From Eledone cirrhosa (lineage: Eukaryota): 64,000 nucleotides of DNA. The number at the start of each line of letters is the position of its first letter. The first letter of the stretch is position 1. Positions 41,980-52,155 of this stretch are shown one piece after another. Location of the stretch: positions 414,222,001-414,286,000 of the forward strand of contig OZ024741.1 of assembly GCA_964016885.1 (NCBI GenBank), in the 5' to 3' direction. A program made the translations under genes and the position numbers. The notes below the pieces were generated by a model, which worked only from the letters and a program-made list of their open reading frames with translations, searched no databases and had not been told where the DNA came from.

Positions 41980-42190
41980 GGTGGTAAGGGTGTTGGACTT
42001 GAGCAAAACACTTGATTTCACGTTACTCCAGTATACTCAGCTGAAAATGAGTACCAGCAATAGCTGGAGGTTTAACCTTGCAATGGACTGGTGTCCTGTC
42101 CTGGGGAAGTCTTGTACTGTCAGTCGCTTCACACCACAGATACCAGCCTGATGAGCCTCTATACTCGAGAAAGACTTTAAACTTTTACAG
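41980..42190 (+). mobile_element. Diverged SINE with a partly deleted tRNA head
   Basis: CTTGAGCAAAACACTTGATTTCAC...ACTCAGCTG is shared with the SINE at 47424-47762; also CCTTGCAATGGACTGGTGTCCTGTCC and an ACTTTA tail. Confidence 0.6.
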
Positions 42191-42860
42191 CTTCATCAAC
42201 AGCATGGGTCTCCTTCTTTTGGTCCAGCGTAGTGTGTAAACATGTCCATAGGTGAACTCTAAGTAGGCCAAATAATTTTTTCTGACCAGAGTTTGGGTGG
42301 GTAAAGTTTCACAGATTAGCACCACTAGTTACAAGCAACAATTGGGGCAGGAACGGCACGGTAAGCAAATTCATGTTTCCCATTTCGCAATCACCTGATG
42401 AATCACAGTCCCATGTAACCATGATCAAATGTTATGGCTAATACAGTGGCATAAATTTAAACCTACTTTGGTAGGGTCATGTTACCAATAAAAACACATG
42501 CACCAGTTAAGTTTCATTTCAGTTTTATTATTAACTAAGTAACTAATCCATTCCTTGAAATATTAGTATTGCTGAAAGAAATGGTGACAAGGAATAATTC
42601 TCCTATCTAAATATAATATTCTCACCAAAAGCTGCCCTCTTAACACATGTCAGATGGATTACAATATTCATTATTGCAAATACCTTCACTATTCCCTGAT
42701 TAGTAGAACCAGTTCCAACATAACATCACTTTTTTGCCAACAAACCACGTGTAGACATGATTGAAAAAAATATATATATTACGATCACACCAAGAGACAT
42801 ATTAGAATGTTTATTATACAGAGCATTTAAATAAATTTACAGTAGAATAACATAACAAAT

Positions 42861-43455
42861 ATGTTTTAAATATATACATAAATAACATTACACATGCTTA
42901 GATAACATTATAAATTGCTCGCGATTCTTTCAGAAAGATATATTCCTTTAATGCTGCAATATTAAAGAAAATGTAAAGGAAAGGGTGAACAACGGAGCCA
43001 ACACCAGAGCAAAAGACAGCAACGAGGAGTATCGGGCAACCTCTCTAATGATTTCTGAGGCAAGCCAGCACACTGGCAGTGTTACCTCGGGTGATATATA
43101 GCCGGGCAACCTCTCTAATGATTTCTGAGGCAAGCCAGCACCCTGGCAGTGTTACCTCGGGTGATATATAGCCGGGCAACCTCTCTAATGATTTCTGAGG
43201 CAAGCCAGCACCCTGGCAGTGTTACCTCGGGTGATATATAGCCGGGCAACCTCTCTAATGATTTCTGAGGCAAGCCAGCACCCTGGCAATGTTACCTCGG
43301 GTGATGGCGAGACAGCCGGTGGCTTTTGTGATGTTTCGGGAAGTTGGGCCGCTGACTGCGCTGTTCCTCTCTTCACTGGTGGCTCGCCTAATAGAGGTAA
43401 CTGGCGAATCTCGCGAGGGCGCTTGGTTGTTCCAGCGCATTAGCCTCGCCATCAC
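42861..43455 (-). mobile_element. CRE-like (restriction-like endonuclease) retrotransposon 3' remnant with a 5' inversion and a 70-bp x4 tandem repeat
   Basis: Plus strand about 43335-43452 gives GPLTALFLSSLVARLIEVTGESREGAWLFQRISLAI. The minus strand continues LAITRGNIARVLACLRNH*. Together they form the CRE-type LFQR.S.AI.RGN motif. GTTACCTCGG recurs at 43081, 43151, 43221 and 43291. Confidence 0.7.
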
Positions 43456-43574
43456 AGCAAGTACATCCCAAATTCTATAAACAGCAATATACACACAGAC
43501 TTATGTAGATACATACCACATACACATATATACACAGATGTATGTAGATATATACCACACACATATACACACAC

Positions 43575-46270
43575 GCTCAGAGTTGCTGAAGCATGGAACA
43601 AACTACCTGCATCATTTGTTAGCTGTCGAGACAGTGCATTCTTTAAAACCTCCATGAAACAAACCAACTTCATCAGTTGTTAGCTGTCGAGACACTGCAT
43701 CCTTTAAAACCTCCATGAAACAAACCAACTTCATCAGTTGTTAGCTGTCGAGACACTGCATCCTTTAAAACCTCCATGAAACAAACCAACTTCATCAGTT
43801 GTTAGCTGTCGAGACACTGCATCCTTTAAAACCTCCATGGAACAAACTCCTGCATCAGTTGTTAGCTGTAAAGACACTGCACCCTTTAAAACCTCCATGA
43901 AACAAACTCCCTGCATCAGTTGTTAGCTGCTGAGACACTGCATCCTTTAAAACCTCCATGAAACAAACTACCTTCATCAGTTGTTAGCTGTCAAGATACT
44001 GCATCCTTTAAAACCTCCATGGAACAAACTACCTGCATCAGTTATTAGCTGTCGAGACACTGCATCCTTTAAAACCTCCATGGAACAAACTATCTTCATC
44101 AGTTGTTAGTTGTCGAGACACTGCATCCTTTAAAACCTCTATGGAACAAAGTACCTGCATCAGTTATTAGCTGTCGAGACACTGCATCCTTTAAAACGCC
44201 CATAGAACAAACTACCTGCAGCAGTTGTTCGCTGTCGAGACACTGCATCCTTTAAAACCTCCATGGAACAAACTCCCTGCATCAGTTGTTAGCTGTTGAG
44301 ACACTGCATCCTTTAAAACCTCCATGGAACAAACTACCTGCATCAGTTATTAGCTGTTGAGACACTGCATCCTTTAAAACGCCCATAGAACAAACTACCT
44401 TCATCAGTTGTTAGCTGTCGAGACACTGCATCCTTTAAAACCTCCATGGAACAAACTACCTGCATCAGTTATTGGCTGCTGAGACAGTGCATCCTTTAAA
44501 ACCTCCATGGAACAAACTTCCTGCATCAGTTATTAGCTGTCGAGACAGTGCATCCTTTAAAACCTCCATGAAACAAACTACCTTCATCAGTTGTTAGCTG
44601 TCGAGACAGTGCATCCTTTAAAACCTCTATGGAACAAAGTACCTGCATCAGTTATTAGCTGTCGAGACACTGCATCCTTTAAAACGCCCATAGAACAAAC
44701 TACCTGCAGCAGTTGTTCGCTGTCGAGACACTGCATCCTTTAAAACCTCCATGGAACAAACTCCCTGCATCAGTTGTTAGCTGTTGAGACACTGCATCCT
44801 TTAAAACCTCCATGGAACAAACTATCTTCATCAGTTGTTAGTTGTCGAGACACTGCATCCTTTAAAACCTCCATGAAACCAACTACCTTCATCAGTTGTT
44901 AGCTGTCAAGACTCTCCATCCTTTTAAACCTCCATGGAACAAACTACCAGCATCAGTTATTAGCTGTCGAGACACTGCATCCTTTAAAACCTCCATGGAA
45001 CAAACTTCCTGCATCAGTTGTTAGCTGTCAAGACTCTCCATCCTTTTAAACCTCCATGGAACAAACTACCAGCATCAGTTATTAGCTGTCGAGACACTGC
45101 ATCCTTTAAAACCTCCATGGAACAAACTTCCTGCATCAGTTGTTAGCTGTCAAGACTCTCCATCCTTTAAAATCTCCATGAAACAAACTTCCTTCATCAG
45201 TTATTAGCTGTCGAGACAGTGCATCCTTTTAAACCTCCATGGAACAAACTACCAGCATCAGTTATTAGCTGTCGAGACACTGCATCCTTTAAAACCTCCA
45301 TGGAACAAACTTCCTGCATCAGTTGTTAGCTGTCAAGACTCTCCATCCTTTAAAATCTCCATGAAACAAACTTCCTTCATCAGTTATTAGCTGTCGAGAC
45401 AGTGCATCCTTTAAAACCTCCATGGAACAAACTTCCTGCATCAGTTATTAGCTGTCGAGACACTGCATCCTTTAAAACCTCCATGAAACAAACTACCTAC
45501 ATCAGTTGTTAGCTGTTGAGACACTGCGTCCTTTAAAGCCTCCATGGAACAAACTACCTGCATCAGTTGTTAGCTGCTGAGACACTGCATCCTTTAAAAC
45601 CACCATGGATCAAACTCCCTGCATCAGTTGTTAGCTGTCGAGATGCTGCATCCTTTAAAACCTCCATGGAAAAAACTACCTGCAACAGTTGTTAGCTGCT
45701 GAGACACTGCATCCTTTAAAACCACCATGAAACAAACTACCTGCATCAGTTGTTAGCTGTTGAGACACTGCTTCCTTTAAAACCTCCATGGAACAAACTA
45801 CCTGCATCAGTTGTTAGCTGTAGAGACACTGCATCCTTTAAAACTTCCATGGAACAAACTACCTGCATCAGTTATTAGCTGCTGAGACACTGCATCCTTT
45901 AAAACCTCCATGAAACAAACTACCTACATCAGTTGTTAGCTGTCGAGACACTGCATCCTTTAAAGCCTCCATGGAACAAACTACCTGCATCAGTTGTTAG
46001 CTGTCGAGACACTGCATCCTTTAAAACCTCCATGGAACAAACTACCTTCATCAGTTGTTAACTGTCGAGACACTGCATCCTTTAAAACCTCTATGCTTCA
46101 TGAGATTCGCCAACACTACACCTAATATTCCCCCTCCATACACACATGTATATCATGACTCATGCACTATTCACTTCCCTAACATTTGTACATTATTCTA
46201 TGTACTATACATGCACCTTTGATGAGTTGTAGTGCACCTGAGCACTGTACACAATAATTTCATTATTATT
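43575..46270 (+). mobile_element. CR1-clade LINE 3' fragment with an internal 61-bp tandem array (about 41 units)
   Basis: Same lead-in (GCTCAGAGTTGCTGAAGCATGG), unit and 3' UTR/stem-loop as 23248-24080. The array spans 43592-46092 (2500 bp). Confidence 0.85.
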
Positions 46271-46329
46271 AAGTACATTGCTATATATATCTATGTTATA
46301 CAATAAATAGGATGGGTTGGGGTCTCAAT

Positions 46330-46755
46330 ATGTAAATTAAATGTCTTATTCTCATCTTTCTCTCTCATTCTTTCACTCCCCCACTCTCTATTTACCTCTC
46401 TCTCCATGTCTCCCAATCTCACACTTCTCCCATCTCACTCTCTCTTTCACTCACACTTCTCCCCATCTCTCTCTCTCACTGTAAACAGTATCTATGACAA
46501 GTTAACAAACCAAATGACAAAAGACGAAACTAATACACAAGAGAGAGTGAGACGGACAGAGAGAATAACAAAGAGGGAGAGGGGGATAGAGATAAAGAGA
46601 GAGGGAAAGAGAAAGAGAGGCAGAGACAGACAGAGACAGAGAGAGAGGGGGGATAGAGCGAGGGGGGGGGGGGGGGGTAGAGAGATAAAGAGAGAATGAA
46701 AGAGAGAGAGGCAGAGACAGTGAGAATGAGAGAGAGGGGGGGGATAGAGAGAGAC
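46330..46755. repeat. (CT)n then (GA)n low-complexity tracts
   Basis: Imperfect dinucleotide repeats and G runs. Confidence 0.85.
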
Positions 46756-46781
46756 TGTAAGACTGTAAAAGTAAATCTGAC

Positions 46782-46909
46782 CTGTAAGAGTGAGTTGTAG
46801 AGTTGTAAATATATCGGCATGCCTGCGATGTAAAACTCATATTTGGGACTTTCTTGAAGATGACCAGCGGCCATTTTATCTTGACCACTGCTGCTACTAG
46901 AATCACTTG
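46782..46909 (-). CDS. unc79: UNC79-like protein, coding exon (3rd in window)
   Basis: Acceptor TCTCTAATTGCAG, donor CAG|GTCAGA, 128 nt, phase 1 in and 0 out, matching both neighbours. Encodes SDSSSSSGQDKMAAGHLQESPKYEFYIAGMPIYLQLYNSLLQ; similarity to UNC79 (LPVTLRLIYTIFQ) is weaker. Confidence 0.8.
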
Positions 46910-47034
46910 CTGCAATTAGAGAAGATGGACGGATTCTTTAGAATAGTAAATGGTGTTTTATAAAGTTATTTAGAAATATATCAACATGATGGAGAGATGC
47001 AATATTTCTTATTTAAAAACATGTGTTGAGACAG

Positions 47035-47421
47035 ATATTGTTATACTTTGGTAGGGTCATGCTGCCAATAAAAACACATGCACCTGAGGGTTTTCACTTC
47101 AATTTATTAATTATTTCCGGTTGGTTGGTTCGATAACCGGATAAAGCTCTTTCGTCACACATTCTGTGACCTCCTCAGTGACTAGGTTTTTGTGTGAACA
47201 CACAAAAACAAGATGGTGTAGGACAGAACAAAGGAGAGACACAAAATAAAAACCCAGTCGCTGAGGAGGTTACAGAATGTGTGATGAAAGAGCTTTGACA
47301 ATATATAAACAACCATCCGGTTTCGAACCAATCAACTGGAAATTTATAATAAATTGAAGTGAAAAACAACAGGTGTGTGTGTTTTTATTGACAACATGAC
47401 CCTCCTAAAGTATAACAATAT
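47035..47421. mobile_element. Palindromic element with about 150-170 bp imperfect arms and back-to-back hammerhead motifs; probably Penelope-derived
   Basis: ATATTGTTATACTTT...CTCCTCAGTGAC mirrors GTCGCTGAGGAG...AAAGTATAACAATAT. Part of the arm also occurs at about 42465-42530. Confidence 0.7.
47257..47299 (+). ncRNA. Minimal type I hammerhead ribozyme motif
   Basis: GUCG-CUGAGGA-G-GUUACA(GAAUG)UGUGAU-GAAA-GAGC-UU-UGAC; stem I GUCG/UGAC and stem II pair. Confidence 0.6.
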
Positions 47422-47423
47422 AC

Positions 47424-47762
47424 ATCACCATCATCATCATTTTACGTCCGCTTTTCCTTGCTTGCAAGGGTGGGACGGGAACTGATTCTGGCTTGATTTC
47501 TACAGCTGGATGCCCTTCCTAACCCCAACCTCATTTACAGTGAGTGCTGGGTGCTTTTTTGCCATGGCACCTCCACGACCACTTTGCAGTGGAATGATCG
47601 GGACCCCAGTCCCTATCATCTCATTTCTACAGCTGAGTAAACTGGAGCAATGTGAAATAAAGTGTCTTGCTCAAGGAAACAACACATCACCCGGTCTGAG
47701 AATTGAACTCACAACCTTTCGATTGCAACGTCAATGCTCTAACCACTAAGCTATGTGCCTCC
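47424..47762 (-). mobile_element. Complete tRNA-derived SINE with an RTE-derived tail
   Basis: A-box TAGCTTAGTGG, B-box GAGTTCAATTC, CORE-like CCTTGAGCAAGACACTT, then AGGAAGGGCATCCAGC and the tail CCCACCCTTGCAAGCAAGGAAAAGCGGACGTAAAA(TGA)n, nearly identical to the end of the intact RTE. Confidence 0.85.
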
Positions 47763-47815
47763 ACATATATATATAAATTAATTTGAGAAACACAAATAGA
47801 ATAAAGAAATATTTA

Positions 47816-47980
47816 CTTTATTTCCCGGTGTCGAAGACGCTACTTTTTTCCTAACCCTAACAAATCTACCGTGGGTCCTGGAGGCTGAAGGTTGTTGAGT
47901 TTTTTCTGTTTCAAATTTTTGGTTGTCAAAATTAGGGTGGGTCCTCGAGGACGAAGCATCTTCAGCACTGGGAAATACTA
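47816..47980. mobile_element. Small MITE (Tc1/mariner or pogo-like)
   Basis: Imperfect terminal inverted repeats TATTTCCCGGTGTCGAAGACGC and GCATCTTCAGCACTGGGAAATA. Confidence 0.6.
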
Positions 47981-48008
47981 CTGCAAATGTTCCCTGATGA
48001 TTTGAGGT

Positions 48009-48899
48009 TATAGCGATGCTACTTGCCTTTGGTGTATTTATAAGCTATTCGTGCATTATTTGGCTAAGTCAGACCAATCGTAAGCCGCGCATGAATATAT
48101 ATTCCGACTTCCGCCCAAACAAAGATTTTCCCTCTTCTTTCGTATATACTCTCTCTCTCTTTCTGCTTGGACTTTGAGAAGAAGAGACACTATTATGTTA
48201 CGGTGAGATTTTTACTTTGGCCTGTCGGCCTCCTTAGGCCTGGCACAATGCCACTTCTTAACTCTTAATTTATTTATTCCTTTGTTTGACATGTCAGCTC
48301 AACTCAACTCAACTCTTTGTGATTTAGTTGTGAATAAAAACATGTAAAAATGTTATTTGAAGACTTACAACCATATCAACAAACATTCACTTTCTGCTAA
48401 CATTTCTTACAACAGCAACTGCAGAGGATGTGCGACGGCTGGAGAGAAATGAAGCAAGCATGCTCCGTTGGATGTGCAATGTTAATGTGCGTGAAGGACC
48501 AAGCATAGATAGTTGAGAGAGAAACTGGATATAAGAGGTATAAGTTGTAGTGTACAGGAGAGAAGACTGAGATGGTATGGACATGTGATGCGCATGGAGG
48601 ATGACCGCTGGGTAAAGAAGTGCCAAGAAATCCCAGTAGAAGGAAGACGCAGTAGAGGAAGACCACGAAAAACATGGGCAGAGGTGGTGAGAGCTGATCT
48701 CAGATCAATGAAGCTCACGGAGGAGATGACAAAGGACCGTGACAAGTGGAGAGATGCTGTGCTGAATAGGACCCTTCCCACCCTTGCAAGCAGGGAAAAG
48801 CGGATGTAAAATGATGATGATGATAAAACTCAACCTCCAAACTGCTAAACTGGTGACCCGACGTGGGATATTTCCGTACGAAAACCTCTAACTGCTATA
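48009..48899 (+). mobile_element. LTR-like remnant with a tRNA-Trp-like primer binding site, interrupted by an RTE fragment
   Basis: Ends TATAGC...GCTATA with flanks AGGT and TGGT; AATAAA at about 48333; TGGTGACCCGACGTG at 48851 resembles the tRNA-Trp PBS TGGTGACCCCGACGTGAT. Confidence 0.5.
48410..48823 (+). mobile_element. 5'-truncated RTE (family A)
   Basis: [21 protein letters not shown]...RGRPRKTW...REKRM followed by (TGA)n; highly similar to the end of 55274-58339. Confidence 0.92.
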
Positions 48900-49175
48900 T
48901 GGTTTTCACAGCTCATGCTAACTTTTACTCAATGAAACTGCAGTAGGGACGCTAAGTAAATAATTAAGTATTTGTTTATCTTATTTCTGTTTCCCAAATT
49001 AAATTGTATATAGCTCTGATTTTTATTTATTCTTTCATCGAGCAAAATTGGTATCTGTTGGACTCCCTCATATGTATGTCTATGTCAACATGAATGGACC
49101 TGTTATTTTTATCTAAAGACATTTTTTCCAATTCCAACCCGCCCGTCCCCTCTATCTATCTTATTTCTCATTCTT

Positions 49176-49211
49176 TCTTCTGATGAAGGACTAGCGTCCG
49201 AAACGTTAAGA
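49176..49211 (+). ncRNA. Minimal type I hammerhead ribozyme motif
   Basis: UCUU-CUGAUGA-A-GGAC(UAGC)GUCC-GAAA-CG-UU-AAGA; palindromic ACGU replaces stem III, as in Penelope-associated minimal hammerheads. Confidence 0.7.
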
Positions 49212-49321
49212 CCCTCTTCCTGTCATATCAAGCGTTAACCTAATATATACCTTCCATATACTGTACCGATTGTGTTGTTATTTCTGTTAACCTTTTACAT
49301 ATATCTTCAGTATATATATAC

Positions 49322-49880
49322 ATAGTATCTAGAATAAGGATGGATTGGAAGTAGTTTAGGGAGCTGCTTCCTCTGCTGACGAAGAAGGGTTTCTCCCTGC
49401 GTACGAAAGGCCGGTTATATGATGCCTGTGTGAGGAGCGCGATGCTGCATGGTAGTGAGACATGGGCAGCAACTGCAGAGGATATGCGACGGGTGGAGAG
49501 AAATGAGGCAAGCATGCTCCGTTGGATGTGCAGTGTAAATATGCGTGAACGACCCAGCATAAATGTGTTGAGAGAGAAACTGTGTCTGAGAGGGATAGAA
49601 TGTAGTGTATGGGAGAGGAGACTGAGGTGGTATGGACATGTGATGTGCATGGAGGATGACCGATGGGTGAAGAAGTGCCAGGAAATGCCAGTTGAAGGAA
49701 GACGTGGTTGAGTTAGACCACGAAAAACATGGGCAGAGGTGGTGAGAGCTGATCTCAGATCAATGAAGCTCACGGAGGAGATGACGAAGGACCGTGACAA
49801 GTGGAGAGATGCTGTGCTGAATAAGACCCGTCCCACCCTTGCAAGCAGGGAAGAGCGGACGTAAAATGATGATGATGATG
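49322..49880 (+). mobile_element. 5'-truncated RTE (family A) with stop codons
   Basis: Near-identical to about 57797-58355; AMLHGSETW motif; (GAT)n tail. Confidence 0.92.
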
Positions 49881-49893
49881 ATATATATATATA

Positions 49894-50038
49894 ATAATGA
49901 AATGACAGGAGGCTGGACTTGTGTAAATCCTTGAAAGGTTTATTATACTATGATCATTTCAATGATCATTTGAAATGATCATAGTATAATAAACCTTTCA
50001 AGGATTTACACAAGTCCAGCCTCCTGTCATTTCATTAT
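49894..50038. repeat. Perfect inverted repeat with 69-bp arms and a 7-nt spacer
   Basis: 49894-49962 is the reverse complement of 49970-50038. Confidence 0.92.
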
Positions 50039-50178
50039 AATATTTAACACCATACTAGCACCACCAACTACACAAACAAAGATGGTTGAACTGCTTTACG
50101 TTGAGTACTCTCCATATTATTACATTAAGATTGACCATACGGAATTGACCAGCTCTATCCGGTGGTGAACCTCAAACC

Positions 50179-50204
<26 letters not shown>

Positions 50205-50215
<11 letters not shown>

Positions 50216-50272
50216 TCATCATCATTTTGCATCCGCTTTTCCCTGCTTGCATGTTATATATATATAACTTCA

Positions 50273-50326
<54 letters not shown>

Positions 50327-50530
50327 TGGGATGAGGTGATAAAAGCTTCCTTGCCAAATTGTACCTCTCAAAGGTGATGACACAGGACCAAGACCTCTGG
50401 CGTTACGCAGAAATACAGAAGACCTGACTTCACACAGGTACAAACCTGGCATTGCCTACAACAGGACAACCTGTCTAACCCATGCTAGCGTGGAAAAATG
50501 GACATAAGACGGTGATGATGATGATGATGA
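50205..50530. mobile_element. Short RTE tail fragments in opposite orientations separated by (TA)n
   Basis: Minus-strand tail (CAT)n TTTTGCATCCGCTTTTCCCTGCTTGCA; plus-strand fragment 50326-50530 ending ACCCATGCTAGCGTGGAAAAATGGAC and (GAT)n. Confidence 0.75.
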
Positions 50531-50618
50531 TATATATATAGAGAGAGAGGGGGTGGGGGTGAGATTGTGAGTAAAAAATATAAAAAAAACAGTAAAAAAT
50601 CGTTTTTTGTTTAGTTAC

Positions 50619-50904
50619 CTTTTGAATGTGCAGTGGACACAGATGAGAGATTATCAAGCTTGGGTAACTCTTTAGCAGGGATCTTAGCAACATCACGTGG
50701 ACATATGTAGTGTAATGTCTTGGAAGACATCTGGTACCACATGGCAATATTTTGACAGTAGAGACAGTTAATAGACTGCTGTTCTTCACTACATGTATGT
50801 GTACCATCCCAAGGACCATCAAGTGTTGTTGACAGAAGATGCATCAGTTGTTGACTTGTTTCGTTATAAATTCCTAGATTTCGCGGAGTTTCTTGTAATT
50901 CCAG
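50619..50904 (-). CDS. unc79: UNC79-like protein, coding exon (2nd in window)
   Basis: Acceptor TTTGTGTAG, donor AAG|GTAACT, 286 nt, phase 0 in and 1 out. LELQETPRNLG...GPWDGTHTCSEEQQSINCLYCQNIAMWYQM resembles recalled UNC79 MELQDD...APWGGSHTCQKDEKAIECNLCQSSILCYQL. Confidence 0.9.
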
Positions 50905-51399
50905 CTACACAAATTATTTACAGAAAAATGTTAAAATTTTCAAGACGAATGGCAACTCATGATTTTGAAGCAAGCCCTTGTTGCCAAAACACTAACTTTG
51001 AAGTGGAGACTATTCAACAGAATTCGTAATATAATCGGCTTTAATAAATAACTTAATATGAAGCTAGGTTAGGTTTCAAGGAGTTTCTTGTAATTCCAGA
51101 TACACCAGATACACCAGTGCCCCGGGGCACTTCAGGTTTAGGGGTCCTCCTCATACACAAAACATTAGAGTACACATCAAACCCCCCAATTTTACATATC
51201 AAAGTTAGGTTGGCGCAAGTAATTGGAATTGAAAAGTTATACATACAGGTATTAAATTAAAAAAATTCTAATCACCCTAAAACTAAAAAGCCCAGCTGAG
51301 GACACAAATAAATTGTTACGGCCATTACTGGTAGGGCTACACCAGCCCCTTGCAGGGGGCCCTGAGCTACACAAATTATAATAAACATTAACTTAATAT

Positions 51400-51775
51400 G
51401 AAGTTTTAGATATATACATAAATAATATTACAAATTGTTCACAATTCTTTTAGAATGAAACTTTAAACACATAACAAATACAATCAACTAGGAACCAGGC
51501 AACCTCACCTGACACCTTAGTAAGGTGAGGTTAAGAAGCTGACACAACCTGGCACCTTCACCTGACACCTTAGTAAGGTGAGGCTAAGGCATTGAAACAA
51601 CCAGGCAACCTCATGGACATCACCTGACACCTTAGCAAGGTGAGTCTAAGGTGCTGAAACAACCTGGTACCCTCACGGGCTTCACCTGACACCTCAGTAA
51701 AGTGAGCTACAAGTGATGACAAGAACTTCACTGTCAGCGGCCCAACTCCACCAAATGTCTTGAATATCAAACACT
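51400..51775 (-). mobile_element. Second CRE-like 3' remnant with an irregular 53-63 bp tandem expansion
   Basis: TFGGVGPLTVKFLSSLVAHFTEVSGEAREGTRLFQH is homologous to the 43.3 kb peptide. TCACCTGACACC recurs at about 51505, 51558, 51621 and 51682. UTR resembles 42861-42935. Confidence 0.65.
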
Positions 51776-51801
51776 GATATAGGAATTTCAAGAAAACCAA
51801 C

Positions 51802-52083
51802 CTGTTTCAAGAGAATGTCTAACATCATAAGGAAGCAGGGCAGATGAAGTTCTGTCTCTCGTTCAAATAAATCTACAGTCTCGTTCATGGTTTTGGATCT
51901 TTCTGGGCTGAATTGAGGTAAATATTCTTCAACGGGTGAAGCAGGTGACAATAATGACTGTGAAGCAAGGTCTCTTCCAGAGGAAGCTTTAGAAGGATCA
52001 GACCGATGAAGGAATTCAACTCCATTCTTGAACATTTTCAGGAGTAGATGGATTGGAATAATGATATCCAGGGAAGACAATAC
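51802..52083 (-). CDS. unc79: UNC79-like protein, coding exon (1st in window)
   Basis: Acceptor TTTATTTATTTACAG, donor CAG|GTTGGT, 282 nt, phase 0/0. VLSSLDIIIPIHLLLKMFKNGV...LHLPCFLMMLDILLKQ resembles recalled UNC79 VLSELDIMVPLQLLISMFSDGV...MNLNCFILMFDLLLKQ. Confidence 0.92.
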
Positions 52084-52155
52084 CTGTAAATAAATAAACA
52101 AGAAAATAAAATTAAGGTGTTCGCTCTAACATAGCAACGTATATATATATATATA

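Noticed and set aside
42149-42402. CTGATGA at about 42149 and 42395 as hammerhead cores
   Set aside because: No correctly placed stem II, GAAA and stem I; the first is part of a SINE tail.
48829-48891. Peptide KLVTRRGIFPYE resembling a Polinton polymerase motif
   Set aside because: Very short, followed by a stop, and better explained by the PBS-like sequence.
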